A DNA stretch of 64,000 bases from Alphaproteobacteria bacterium (GCA_044345375.1 JBIJBF010000002.1:46619-110618), one strand, 5' to 3'. Shown: positions 1-9,057, numbered from the stretch's first letter. Notes: generated from the sequence alone by a model not told the origin. Translations and numbers: made by a program.

Positions 1-247
1 TTTGATGGGTGGCGCGGGGCAACATGCCGTATTCGGCGGTGATCCAGCCTGCCCCCTTGCCTTTCAAGAAGCCTGGCACCGACTCCTCAACGGTGGCGGT
101 GCACAGCACCTCGGTGTCGCCAAATTTGATGAAACAGGAGCCTTCCGCGTACAGATTGGCCGCCAATTCAAAACTAACCGGCCGCAGCGCCGTATAGGAT
201 CGGCCATTTTTTCGGCCAAGCGGATGGCGATGGATTTGTGCGGACAT
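1..247 (-). CDS. rph: Ribonuclease PH, N-terminal part (gene continues beyond window start)
   Basis: Reverse-strand translation of 1-247 gives [82 protein letters not shown]. This matches the canonical RNase PH N-terminus ([36 protein letters not shown]). The ATG is at 247-245. It was not in the ORF table because its stop lies outside the window. Confidence 0.85.
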   Translation of the reverse strand, partial: MSAQIHRHPLGRKNGRSYTALRPVSFELAANLYAEGSCFIKFGDTEVLCTATVEESVPGFLKGKGAGWITAEYGMLPRATHQ

Positions 248-369
248 AACACCCTATTCCAAAGAAACGCATTTGGCCGTACACTGGTTGGCCGCAGACG
301 AGATGTAACCATTAGCATAATGCCCCCCCTATCTACAACCAAAAGTTCTTACGCGATGATGCGGTTTTC

Positions 370-1413
370 ATGATGATTGGCCAACTGAATCTGCGATCAC
401 GGGAAATTTTTCGGCAATTGGTTGAGGCGTATATGGCAACCGGGCAACCGGTGCCGTCCAAGCTGTTGGCGGATCGTTTGCATGACCGCGGCGCGGGATT
501 CTCATCCCCCAATATCCGCCTGATCATGGCGCAGCTGGAACAGTTGGGCTTGCTGTACGCGCCCCACACCTCAGCCGGCCGCCTGCCCACCTCGCACGGG
601 TTGCGCCTGTTTGTCGATGGGCTGCTGGAAATTGGGTGCTTGGCGGAGGATGAGCGGGCGCAACTGGCCAGCATGGATGGCCATGGCGGGAAAAGCGTGG
701 GCGATATGGTGGCCGATGCGGGTCAGCAGCTGGCGGGCTTGGCGGCCTGCACCAGTTTGGTGGTGGCGCCCAGCAGCCAATCCACCCTGCGGCATTTGGA
801 ATTTGTTCGGCTCAGCGATCAACGCGCCCTGGCGGTTTTGGTCAACAGCGATGGTCTGGTGGAAAACCGCTTGTTGGATTTGCCCGCAGGCTTGCCCAGC
901 GCCGCCCTGATTGAGGCCAGCAATTTTATCAACGGCCGCATGATCGGCAAAACGATTGACGAGGCCTTGGCCGATTTGCGGCAAAGCTTGGCGGCTGAAC
1001 AGTTGCAGCTGGACCAGTTGACCCAACAGCTGGTCGCCGATGGTTTGGCCTATTTCAGCGATTCTGGTGGCGACAAGCGGGTGGTGTTGCACGGCCAGGC
1101 GCAATTGCTGGATCATTTGGCGCAGGTTGAGGAGCTCAAATCGCTGTTCGATGCGTTGGATTCCAAGGAAACCGTGATCAAACTGCTGGAATTGTCTGGC
1201 CATGCTCAGGGGGTGCAAATTTATATTGGCGCGGAGAACCCCTTGTTCGCGCACACCGGCTGTTCGATGATTGTGGCCCCCTATAGCAGCGCGGATGCCA
1301 AAGTGATCGGCGCGATTGGGGTGATCGGGCCCGCCCATATGAACTATGCGCGGATTATCCCTATGGTAGACTACACCGCCAAGGTCGTAACCGCGATGTT
1401 TAACAATCTTTAA
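370..1413 (+). CDS. hrcA: Heat-inducible transcription repressor HrcA
   Basis: 347-aa ORF. The N-terminus LNLRSREIFRQLVEAYMATGQPVPSKLLADRL and the overall length are typical of HrcA. rph-hrcA-grpE synteny is common in alphaproteobacteria. The start could equally be 373. Confidence 0.9.
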   Translation: MMIGQLNLRSREIFRQLVEAYMATGQPVPSKLLADRLHDRGAGFSSPNIRLIMAQLEQLGLLYAPHTSAGRLPTSHGLRLFVDGLLEIGCLAEDERAQLASMDGHGGKSVGDMVADAGQQLAGLAACTSLVVAPSSQSTLRHLEFVRLSDQRALAVLVNSDGLVENRLLDLPAGLPSAALIEASNFINGRMIGKTIDEALADLRQSLAAEQLQLDQLTQQLVADGLAYFSDSGGDKRVVLHGQAQLLDHLAQVEELKSLFDALDSKETVIKLLELSGHAQGVQIYIGAENPLFAHTGCSMIVAPYSSADAKVIGAIGVIGPAHMNYARIIPMVDYTAKVVTAMFNNL

Positions 1414-1439
1414 CCATGATGACTTTTAAAGGAGCTATA

Positions 1440-2078
1440 ATGAACCAAGATCAAACCGCCAAGATTGAGCCGATGCTGGACAACACCTTAGAACAAACGG
1501 AGGAGCAGGTGGCGGCGGCGGCCGATGATGCGGCTGCTGCTGACCCTCTGCAGGCCGCAACCCAAACCATTGCCGCGCTGCAGCAGGAGTTGGCGCAGCT
1601 GCGCGATCAGGCGCTGCGTGCCATGGCTGACGCGGAAAACACCCGCAAACGGGCTGAACGCGAAATCTTGGAAAACAGCAAATACGCCGTGGCGCCCTTT
1701 GCCAAGGATTTGTTGGCGGTGACCGACAATTTGCAACGCGCCATCGCCAGCATCCCCACCACTGAGGTGGAGCAGGATCCGGCAATCGCCGCGGTTTTCT
1801 CAGGCATTCTGCTGACCGAAAAAGAATTGTTAAGCGTGTTGGAACGCCACCACATCAAACGGCTGGCTCCCTTGGGCGAACCGTTCAACCACGATCATCA
1901 CCAGGCGATGTTTGAGGTGGAGAGTGTCGAAAAACCGGCGGGCACGGTGGTTGAGCTGTTGCAGGCCGGCTATACCCTGCATCAACGGCTGCTGCGCCCC
2001 GCATTGGTTGGGGTGGCCAAGGGCTCAAGCAGCGCGGGGGATCAAACGGCCAGCCAAAAACTGGATACGTCAGCGTAA
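1440..2078 (+). CDS. grpE: Nucleotide exchange factor GrpE
   Basis: ORF 1416..2078. The preferred start is the ATG at 1440, preceded by AAGGAG. The sequence carries the GrpE coiled-coil and C-terminal motifs (RKRAEREILENSKYAVAPFAKDLLAVTDNLQRA...HHQAM). It lies directly downstream of hrcA. Confidence 0.9.
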   Translation: MNQDQTAKIEPMLDNTLEQTEEQVAAAADDAAAADPLQAATQTIAALQQELAQLRDQALRAMADAENTRKRAEREILENSKYAVAPFAKDLLAVTDNLQRAIASIPTTEVEQDPAIAAVFSGILLTEKELLSVLERHHIKRLAPLGEPFNHDHHQAMFEVESVEKPAGTVVELLQAGYTLHQRLLRPALVGVAKGSSSAGDQTASQKLDTSA

Positions 2079-2107
2079 GACATGGTTTTTAAGGGAAGGG
2101 CGCAACG

Positions 2108-3574
2108 ATGAAGTCAACTTGGGCAAAACTGGCGGTCTTAGGTTGGTTGGGGGTTTGCGCGCTAACCCTTCCGGTGCTGGCAACCCCGTCTGAGGATGGC
2201 GATCGCCTGTACGACAAGGGCTTTTTTCCGCAGGCCTTGGCGAAATACCAGGCCGAGTTGCGCACCACCAATGGCTGTGTTGGCACTTATGATTTGCGGC
2301 GCCCCCAGGTGCAACGGGCGCTCAAACAACTGGGGTCGATGTATGATAGTGGGGAGGGGGTGGCGGGCAATAGTCCCGATCCCAGCAAGGCGTTGCGTTG
2401 TTACACCAACCTTGGCGACTACGCCACCGCCCGTATTTTTGTGCGGCTTGGCGATATGCACACCACCGCCACCGGCTATCCCACCAACCAAGCGCCCGAT
2501 TTCCAAAAGGCCTTTAACGCCTATTGGAAGGCGGTGGGCAAGGGGGATAGCGGCGCCAAGATTAAGCTGGGGCGGATGTATCTTAATGGGCCATACCCCG
2601 CCGATGACAACCCCAATGCCTTTAACAACAACGACCGGCAACGCTATCAATACGCCGTCAATTTGCTGTTGGAATCCGCCAAATTTGACAACCCGCAATC
2701 GCAATTTTATCTGGGGCAGGTGGCGCAAAAGGGCTGGGGCTGCAACGCCAGCGACGTAAGGGCGTGGGGATGCGTGAAAAATGATGACGGCGGCAGCTAT
2801 GGCACGCCAACCCCAGCACTGGCCACCACTTGGTATGAAAAAGCTGCGCGGGGAAATTACGCGCCGGCGATGACCGCGCTGGCCAAACTGGCTGAGGGGG
2901 CTGGCAACGCGATTGCTGCCTATACCTGGTATGATTTGGCCAACAAGGCGGGCGATTCCTCCGTCAAGCCCATGGTGCCGCCCAATTGCTGGGAAAACGC
3001 CATGGCCGATCCCAGCACGATGGTTGACGGCGTGTCGGTGTTGGCGCAGGACAACCTGCCCACCTTTGTGGGCAAAAGCTGCACCGAACACACCCTGTAC
3101 AAAACCTATTCCAGCATTACCTATAACCAGGCCAACAACACGATTCTTTATAGCACCACCGATCCCACCCTGCGCACCCAGGCGCTGTATTATTACGTGA
3201 TGTGCGATGCCAATCTGTACCGTCAATCCTGCCAAGATGAAACCAGAACGCCCAAGGGGGTGTTGGCCTTGTCTTATGCGGTGACCGACCCTAACGAGCG
3301 CAGCGAAGCCCTGAAATACTGCACCAACCCTGACAACAACCCGCTGGTGCAACGGCTGAAAAGCAGCACCGACTATGTCAAAAATTCGCTGCTCAACAGC
3401 ATGAATTACAAGGATCGTTGCACGGCGCAATGCCTGTCCAAACTGTACAGCAGCAAAATCGGCCAAAGCCGGGATCCATTTTGGAACGATCCCCATAACG
3501 CCAGCTACCAAACCACCTGCGCCAACGGTTGCCCAAGCGCTAATCCGGCCTGCAGCGGCGGTGGCGGGGGGTAG
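2108..3574 (+). CDS. Secreted Cys-rich protein with degenerate Sel1-like repeats (hypothetical)
   Basis: 488-aa ORF with an N-terminal signal peptide (MKSTWAKLAVLGWLGVCALTLPVLATP). The N-terminal half has Sel1-like A..Y.KA...G...A...LG.MY motifs. The C-terminal half is Cys/Asn/Tyr-rich and ends in a GGGGG tail. The TAG stop is embedded in the recurrent 3' motif. Confidence 0.6.
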   Translation: MKSTWAKLAVLGWLGVCALTLPVLATPSEDGDRLYDKGFFPQALAKYQAELRTTNGCVGTYDLRRPQVQRALKQLGSMYDSGEGVAGNSPDPSKALRCYTNLGDYATARIFVRLGDMHTTATGYPTNQAPDFQKAFNAYWKAVGKGDSGAKIKLGRMYLNGPYPADDNPNAFNNNDRQRYQYAVNLLLESAKFDNPQSQFYLGQVAQKGWGCNASDVRAWGCVKNDDGGSYGTPTPALATTWYEKAARGNYAPAMTALAKLAEGAGNAIAAYTWYDLANKAGDSSVKPMVPPNCWENAMADPSTMVDGVSVLAQDNLPTFVGKSCTEHTLYKTYSSITYNQANNTILYSTTDPTLRTQALYYYVMCDANLYRQSCQDETRTPKGVLALSYAVTDPNERSEALKYCTNPDNNPLVQRLKSSTDYVKNSLLNSMNYKDRCTAQCLSKLYSSKIGQSRDPFWNDPHNASYQTTCANGCPSANPACSGGGGG

Positions 3575-3598
3575 AGCATTTTCCATTTCGCCCACCAC
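3572..3598 (+). repeat. Stop-codon-overlapping 3' motif, copy 1 (TAGAGCATTTTCCATTTCGCCCACCAC)
   Basis: It begins at the TAG stop of the 2108..3574 gene. It belongs to a five-member motif family in this window. Confidence 0.7.
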
Positions 3599-3669
3599 GT
3601 CGTCAGGCTACGGACTCGCCGTGCTCACGTATATAGGATACGCTCCGCGCGCCTCACCTTGCCTTGCCT

Positions 3670-3696
3670 GTGGTGAACGAAAGCGAAAACGCTCTA
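3670..3696 (-). repeat. Stop-codon-overlapping 3' motif, copy 2 (sense on minus strand: TAGAGCGTTTTCGCTTTCGTTCACCAC)
   Basis: The reverse complement begins at the TAG stop of ispE (CTA at 3694-3696). Together with copy 1 it forms an inverted pair separated by ~70 bp between convergent genes. Confidence 0.7.
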
Positions 3697-4539
3697 CTCC
3701 AAAAATCTGGTAAGCGCTAACCAATGGGCATCCGGATGGTTTTGCAGCTGGTGATAGGCTGCCTGAGCCGCCAAGGGCGGAAATATCCCAAAAAGTGCGC
3801 TGCCGCTGCCGGTCATGCCGCTTAGCAAACAGTTAGGTTGCTGTTGCAGCGCTTGCCTTAGCCTCGCCAAGCTGGGGTTCAGGGCGGCGGCCACGGGATA
3901 GAGATCGTTGTCGTCTTCTGCTCCCGCTGCCTGCGCCCCTGCGGTTTGCGCAAGTTTGGCAAACAGCTGCGCCGTCGATTGCTTGGCCTGCGGCATCACC
4001 AGCACCACCGACGCGCCGATCAGCTCTGGGGATAAGGCCATTGGTTCTACATGCTGCCCCACCCCTGTTACCACGGCTGGCTGGTTGTACAGACAAACCG
4101 GCACATCCGCGCCCAACCAATCATGCCACGGGGCGGCGTCCACCATCGCCTTATCCACGCCGGTCAGCATCATAAGCCCGCGAATCACCGCCGCTGCATC
4201 GGCGCTGCCCCCGCCCAATCCTGCGCCAGATGGGATGCGCTTGGTCAACTCGATTTGCACCGGCGGCAGGGTGGGGCAAAACCGCTGACGAAAAAGCGCT
4301 GCCGCCCTTAGCGCGAGATTGTTGGCAGTATCAGGAATATCGGCGGTGATCGCGCCATCAAGTTGCAGCTGATCGGTGGTTTCGGTGGGGGCAAGCAGGC
4401 GGATCGTCAGGTTATCCGCCAGTGCCAAAAAGGCGATGTTGCTGCGCAGCAGGTGATAGCCATCGGCCTGCCGCCCCAGAACTTTTAGGGAAAGATTCAG
4501 TTTGGCGTTGGCGTGGCCGACCCAAGTGGTGTTCGTCAT
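3694..4539 (-). CDS. ispE: 4-diphosphocytidyl-2-C-methyl-D-erythritol kinase
   Basis: 281 aa. The N-terminus AKLNLSLKVLGRQADGYHLL and the GHMP-kinase motif IPSGAGLGGGSADAAAV are present. Confidence 0.85.
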   Translation of the reverse strand: MTNTTWVGHANAKLNLSLKVLGRQADGYHLLRSNIAFLALADNLTIRLLAPTETTDQLQLDGAITADIPDTANNLALRAAALFRQRFCPTLPPVQIELTKRIPSGAGLGGGSADAAAVIRGLMMLTGVDKAMVDAAPWHDWLGADVPVCLYNQPAVVTGVGQHVEPMALSPELIGASVVLVMPQAKQSTAQLFAKLAQTAGAQAAGAEDDNDLYPVAAALNPSLARLRQALQQQPNCLLSGMTGSGSALFGIFPPLAAQAAYHQLQNHPDAHWLALTRFLE

Positions 4540-6377
4540 TTAGGCAATGGAGCAGGGGCAGCGGGGGCAGGGAGGGTGCCAACTTTTTCCACCCCGCGCT
4601 GCAATTTCCCCTCAATCTTCACACGCAGCGCGTCATTTTCCTGCGCGTCACTGGGGTCAGAGCCGCCCCGCGACAGCAGCAGCAGGGCGCGTTGCCATTG
4701 ATAGGTTGCTTCTTGCGTGCGGCCAACCTGCCAAAGGGCATCGGCGTAGTGATCGGTAATCATCGGATCGTTGGCCACCAGGCTTAACGCCTTTTCCAGC
4801 AGGGTCACCGCCGTGACGTAATCGCCCTGTTGATAGCGCGCCCAGGCCAAACTGTCGGTGATATAGCCATCATTGGGGCGTTGTTCCAGCGCCAATTGAA
4901 CCAGCTGCTCCGCCTGCGCCAGGTTGCGGTTTTGATCGATCCAGCTGTAGCCCAAATAGTTCAGCACGCTGGGTTGTTTGGGGTTCAACGCCAAGGCCTT
5001 GGTAAAATACTCCTCAGCCACTGGCCAGTTTTTGGCCTGTTCGGCGGCGATGCCAGCGGCGTAGAACAGCGGCCAATCGGTTGGTTCTGACGGTCGATCC
5101 AACAGGGTCATGGCACGTTGGTAGGAGCTTAGGGCATCGGCAAATTGCTTGGCATCCCGCTGCATATCGCCCAGCAGCAGCCAAATGTCGTAACGTTTGG
5201 GTTGGTCGCTGGCCAGTTGTTTCAGGCGGTTAACCGCCATGTCGCTTTTTTCCAGCATTTCCCAACATCTGGCCTCATCAATGCGGGCGGTCCAATTCCA
5301 CGGGCTGTCTGCGGCCACCCCACTCCAGATGGTCAACGCCTCAGGGCAGCGGTTGAAGCTGGCCAGCGTGCGCGCCAACTGCAGCTGGGCGGTTTCCGAC
5401 TTGGGGTTTAGCGACAGGGATAGCTGCAAATACTGCAACCGCGCATCGCGAAACTGGTAGCCATCCTGCAGCAACATCGCCATGGTGGTGAACAATTCGG
5501 CGATCCCATCCTCAGGCCGCTGCAACCATGGCGCAGCGGGCGGGGCAGGGGGGGATCCATCCGCCAGTGCCCGGCGTTTTTGCAGCAGCCAGCTGTTGTC
5601 AGGCTGCCCCTCTAACAGGCGGTCGTACAGGGCCAGCGCCTCATCAACCCGCCCCTGTTGCTGCAAAACCGTGGCCAAGCTTTCCACCAACTGCAGCGGG
5701 GGGGCGCGATCCTGGCCCAACGCCTTGACAAAGCTGGCCTCAGCCGCTGGCAAATCCTGCAGCCACCAGGCGACAAGCCCCACCTGCATTTCACCAAGCC
5801 AAGACAGCGGGTGGGTGCGTGGCATGGTTAACAACGCCGCCCTTGCCGCGGCTGGATCATTTTCGGCCAAGGCCAGCCAAGCTTTTAGCAGCGGGCGCAG
5901 CAGCAGGTTAAGTTCGGTGTTCGGCATGGCGTCTACAGCCTGATTGGCGGCCTTCCAATCCCGTTGGTTGACGGCCGACACCATTTCAGCCAGCTGACCA
6001 TTGGGGCTGCTGGCGCCCAGCAGCTTGAGTTGTTGATGGTTGTAGGCGGCTGAGGCAACATCCCCCTCAGCCAGCGCCAAATTCAGATTTTCCTGCCACA
6101 ACAGCCGGCTGCTGGGATCTTGCACCAGGGCCTGTTGCAGATAGGGTCGCGCCAGATCATAGCGGCCATCCTGCAAACCTTGGCGACCCGCCAGATAACC
6201 GCTCATCAAATTGTTCGATGGCTGGCCAGTTGTTTCGGCCTTTGGAACCGCCACCACGGCCTGTTCATCGATATTGGCACAGGCGCTTAGCAGGGTTAGC
6301 CCCAAAAAACAGGCGATCGTGCCAACCCCTGTTGACAGCAGCCGCTGGCGTGCTTTGATCCATAGACCAAAAGGCAA
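4536..6377 (-). CDS. TPR-repeat lipoprotein (start uncertain; longest ORF reaches 6929)
   Basis: Long minus-strand ORF with many TPR-like repeats and a lipobox (LTLLSAC-ANIDEQ). The ATG-based ORF start (6929) would overlap the UDG gene by ~480 bp. An in-frame ATG at 6452 or a TTG at 6377 gives a more sensible signal peptide. The TTG option is 33 aa before Cys, still long for a lipoprotein signal. The coordinates given use the TTG option. Confidence 0.55.
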   Translation of the reverse strand: MPFGLWIKARQRLLSTGVGTIACFLGLTLLSACANIDEQAVVAVPKAETTGQPSNNLMSGYLAGRQGLQDGRYDLARPYLQQALVQDPSSRLLWQENLNLALAEGDVASAAYNHQQLKLLGASSPNGQLAEMVSAVNQRDWKAANQAVDAMPNTELNLLLRPLLKAWLALAENDPAAARAALLTMPRTHPLSWLGEMQVGLVAWWLQDLPAAEASFVKALGQDRAPPLQLVESLATVLQQQGRVDEALALYDRLLEGQPDNSWLLQKRRALADGSPPAPPAAPWLQRPEDGIAELFTTMAMLLQDGYQFRDARLQYLQLSLSLNPKSETAQLQLARTLASFNRCPEALTIWSGVAADSPWNWTARIDEARCWEMLEKSDMAVNRLKQLASDQPKRYDIWLLLGDMQRDAKQFADALSSYQRAMTLLDRPSEPTDWPLFYAAGIAAEQAKNWPVAEEYFTKALALNPKQPSVLNYLGYSWIDQNRNLAQAEQLVQLALEQRPNDGYITDSLAWARYQQGDYVTAVTLLEKALSLVANDPMITDHYADALWQVGRTQEATYQWQRALLLLSRGGSDPSDAQENDALRVKIEGKLQRGVEKVGTLPAPAAPAPLPK

Positions 6378-6450
6378 CCGCCCCGCCCGTTGGCAGAAAG
6401 GCGGTTGGGAAAACGAACGACGCGCTAAGGATAGGGGGGCAAAATTTGTC

Positions 6451-7293
6451 ATGACGGCTAACCATAACCAAGATTCGGCCGATACAAAAGAACTTTTGCG
6501 AAAATTGCGCGCTGGCCTGGTCTGGCAGATGCAAATGGGGGTGGATGAGGTGGTTGGGCTAAATGCCCTTGAGGCTTTTGTGCCACCGGAACCGGTTGTT
6601 GCCGACAAAAAGCTGGTGTCCAAACCCACCTCGCAGGCGACGGCGGTTGCGCCTGTGGTGGTACCGCCCGGGGTTTTGCCAGCAGCGGCGCCTTCCCAGT
6701 CAGGCTCATTGGCCGATCGTTTGGATGCGCTGCAGCGGGAGGTGGCGGCGTATGAGGAGTGCGGGCTAAAAAGCTTTGCCACCAATTTGGTGTTTGGCGA
6801 TGGCAACCCCCGTGCCCCGGTGATGTTGATTGGTGAGGCGCCAGGAGCTGAGGAGGATCGCTTGGGCAAGCCCTTTGTCGGCCAAAGCGGCCAGCTGCTG
6901 GACAAGATTTTGGCCAGCATTGGCATCACCCGCGAGAGCGCCTATATCAGCAACATGATTTTTTGGCGCCCACCCGGCAACCGCCCGCCCACCGATCGCG
7001 AGATTGCCCAGTGCCTGCCCTTTGTTGAGCGTCATATCGCCCTGATCGCCCCCAAATTTCTGGTGCTGGTGGGCGGCATCGCGGTTAAGGGGATTTTGCA
7101 GCGCAAGGAGGGGATAACCAGGTTGCGCGGCCAATGGCACGACTACCGCAACCCGGCCTTTACCGAGGATCAGCCAAGCGTGCGGGCGCTGGTCACCTAT
7201 CACCCCGCCTTTTTGATGCGCAGCCCCGGCAACAAGCGCGAAAGCTGGCTGGATATGCTGAAGCTAAAGCAAGCGCTGGCGGAGGCTGATTAA
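6451..7293 (+). CDS. Family 4 uracil-DNA glycosylase (phage-polymerase-type UDG)
   Basis: The C-terminal domain carries the family-4 UDG motifs GEAPGAEEDRLGKPFVGQSGQLLDKIL...ISNMIFWRPPGNR...LVTYHPAFLMR. The ORF table start (6211) is inside the convergent TPR gene. The internal ATG at 6451 (TCATGA) is preferred. Confidence 0.8.
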   Translation: MTANHNQDSADTKELLRKLRAGLVWQMQMGVDEVVGLNALEAFVPPEPVVADKKLVSKPTSQATAVAPVVVPPGVLPAAAPSQSGSLADRLDALQREVAAYEECGLKSFATNLVFGDGNPRAPVMLIGEAPGAEEDRLGKPFVGQSGQLLDKILASIGITRESAYISNMIFWRPPGNRPPTDREIAQCLPFVERHIALIAPKFLVLVGGIAVKGILQRKEGITRLRGQWHDYRNPAFTEDQPSVRALVTYHPAFLMRSPGNKRESWLDMLKLKQALAEAD

Positions 7294-7303
7294 ACCCGGT
7301 CCC

Positions 7304-7321
7304 TAAAGCGAAAATGCTCTA
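7304..7321 (-). repeat. Stop-codon-overlapping 3' motif, copy 3 (sense on minus strand: TAGAGCATTTTCGCTTTAG)
   Basis: It abuts the orphan GST 3'-end duplicate and has the same sequence as the motif at the other gene ends. Confidence 0.65.
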
Positions 7322-7366
7322 CCCATCCAGCTCAGCATAGTGCGGCGCAGGGGGCAGGCTGACTGG
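7319..7366 (-). repeat. Orphan duplicate of the GST 3' terminus (last 13-15 codons + stop)
   Basis: The 48-bp segment ctacccatccaGctcagcAtaGtgcggCgcagggggcaggctg... is the imperfect direct repeat of 8297..8344. On the minus strand it encodes ...SLPPAPHYAELDG*, identical in amino acid sequence to the C-terminus of the intact GST. All four nucleotide differences are synonymous. Confidence 0.8.
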
Positions 7367-8296
7367 GTGATTAAGGCGCGCGACAATCAATATTTAGATT
7401 TTTTGGTTGATATTTGATTTGGCATCTGTTATTTTTACGATCAATTTATCAACTAATAAAAATCAAATGGAGAGACAAGATGCCTGACGTGATTAATTAT
7501 ATGTTATTTGAGGGCAGGTTTATGGAATACGGGAGTTTAATTACGCCGTCGGCCTACAGAACACTCAATGATGCCGTAGAAAACCCTAGATATACTGTTG
7601 GTTTTTGTGGTGGCAAAGAATATAGATATTTTGACCTGACTAAAATTAGAGCTACCAACCCTAACGCCGGATTGAACTGGAGCAACTGGGATAACGAGAA
7701 TTTGCGCGATGCGATTAACTCCTGTGGAGCCTTGGTCGACTTAAGCGGTTCGCATCTGCGTTCCGTATCTCTGAATGGGGCAAATCTGGCGGGGGCGAAT
7801 CTGAGCAATGCGAACCTGTGTGAGGCGAGCCTAAACGGTGCAGATCTAACGATGGCAAACCTGTCTTATTCTGTGATGTTTCAAGCCGGTCTAAAGGGGT
7901 CGAAGCTATTGGGGGCGCAGATGGTGAAGACGCATTTGGGGAATGCGGATCTGAGAGAGGCGGATCTGAGTTGGGCGAATCTGCAGGGGGCGAATCTGGA
8001 GAGTTACCTGTGCTACTTCAATCTGTGGGGAGAGAAGATGCAAGGGGAGAATCTGCGGGGGGCGAAGATGAAAGGGACGAATTTACAAGACGCTGAGTTT
8101 ACAGCGATATGGAAGCAACTAACAGTTGAGCAAGCCTTAGGGGCACGAAAATTGAGACCTGATCAGCGTGATTTGGTGTATCAACACAATACGTGGCTTC
8201 CAGCCCTTACAACCCAAATCTCCAACGGGTTGGAATGGGTGAATCAGCGCCATCCGGAGTTTTTCTACGGACGGTAGGTGAGGTTTTTACCTGCCC
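7367..8296 (+). mobile_element. Low-GC ~0.93-kb inserted cassette carrying a pentapeptide-repeat gene, lying between the two copies of the GST 3' end
   Basis: There is a sharp GC drop (an AT-rich promoter-like stretch at 7381-7500). The cassette is flanked by the 45-bp imperfect direct repeats 7319..7366 and 8297..8344. No recombinase is present. Confidence 0.6.
7414..8277 (+). CDS. Pentapeptide-repeat protein
   Basis: 287 aa with ~25 consecutive A(D/N)LxX pentapeptides (ANLAGANLSNANLCEASLNGADLTMANLSYS...ADLREADLSWANLQGANL). The GC content is low relative to the flanks. Confidence 0.8.
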   Translation: MIWHLLFLRSIYQLIKIKWRDKMPDVINYMLFEGRFMEYGSLITPSAYRTLNDAVENPRYTVGFCGGKEYRYFDLTKIRATNPNAGLNWSNWDNENLRDAINSCGALVDLSGSHLRSVSLNGANLAGANLSNANLCEASLNGADLTMANLSYSVMFQAGLKGSKLLGAQMVKTHLGNADLREADLSWANLQGANLESYLCYFNLWGEKMQGENLRGAKMKGTNLQDAEFTAIWKQLTVEQALGARKLRPDQRDLVYQHNTWLPALTTQISNGLEWVNQRHPEFFYGR

Positions 8297-9025
8297 CTAC
8301 CCATCCAACTCAGCGTAATGCGGGGCAGGGGGCAGGCTGGACAGGCGGTCTTGCAGCAGGCTGCGAAAGGCGGGGCGCGATTTTACCCGCGTGTACCAAT
8401 CCTTGGCGGCCAACTGCCGATCCCATGGAACATCGTTGATATAGTCCAATACGGATAGATGCGCCGCCGCCGCGCAATCGGCCACGCTGAAATGATCGCC
8501 GGCCAACCAATTGCGCCGCTCAGCCAAATAGCCGATGTAGTTCAGATGGAAGATGATGTTTTCACGACCCGCCCGAATTGCCCCCGAATCCGGCTCGCCG
8601 CGGCCGGTGATGCGCTTCATCACCCGCTCACCCAACAAATTTTTGGTCACCTCCTGCGCGAATTTTTCGTCAAACCAGCTGATCAGGCGGCGCACCTCAG
8701 CCCGCTCCTGCGGGGTTTGCCCCAGCAGGTTGATGCCGCCCTCAACCTCCTCAAGATACTCCACAATCGCCTGGCTGCCCACCACCGCCTGGTCGTTGCC
8801 ATCAATCATCACCGGCACCTGGCCCGCGGGGTTGATCGCCAAGAATTCGGGGCGCCGCTGCCAATAGGATTCCACCTCAAACGCGGCATGCAGCTTTTTC
8901 TCAGCCAGCACCAACCGCACCTTGCGCGAATAGGGGCACAGCGGAAAATGGAACAGGGTGCGAAGGCCTGGCGCCAGATGGCTGTTGTTCTGGAAATGAT
9001 TTTGGGTCGCCGTGGAATAATTCAT
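8297..9025 (-). CDS. Glutathione S-transferase family protein
   Basis: The GST N-terminal thioredoxin-like motif is present (LFHFPLCPYSRKVRLVLAEKKL...VPVMIDGN), followed by a C-terminal alpha domain. The preferred start is MNYSTAT at 9025. The ORF table gives 9049. Confidence 0.8.
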   Translation of the reverse strand: MNYSTATQNHFQNNSHLAPGLRTLFHFPLCPYSRKVRLVLAEKKLHAAFEVESYWQRRPEFLAINPAGQVPVMIDGNDQAVVGSQAIVEYLEEVEGGINLLGQTPQERAEVRRLISWFDEKFAQEVTKNLLGERVMKRITGRGEPDSGAIRAGRENIIFHLNYIGYLAERRNWLAGDHFSVADCAAAAHLSVLDYINDVPWDRQLAAKDWYTRVKSRPAFRSLLQDRLSSLPPAPHYAELDG

Positions 9026-9057
9026 GATCGTTCTTTCTTTTACTAACAAAACACTTG

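Noticed and set aside
250-369. CIRCE (TTAGCACTC-N9-GAGTGCTAA) operator upstream of hrcA
   Set aside because: No match was found in the 120-bp rph-hrcA intergenic region. In alphaproteobacteria CIRCE is usually at groESL rather than hrcA.
2-373. Plus-strand 123-aa ORF at the window start
   Set aside because: The opposite strand encodes an unmistakable RNase PH N-terminus ([13 protein letters not shown]...[14 protein letters not shown]). The plus-strand ORF is antisense noise in GC-rich DNA.
3572-3696. The inverted pair GTAGAGCATTTTC...GAAAACGCTCTAC read as terminal inverted repeats of a 125-bp MITE
   Set aside because: The same motif occurs singly, in gene-sense orientation, at three other gene ends (7304, 15248, 61949). 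The inverted arrangement here is therefore just two convergent genes each ending in the motif.
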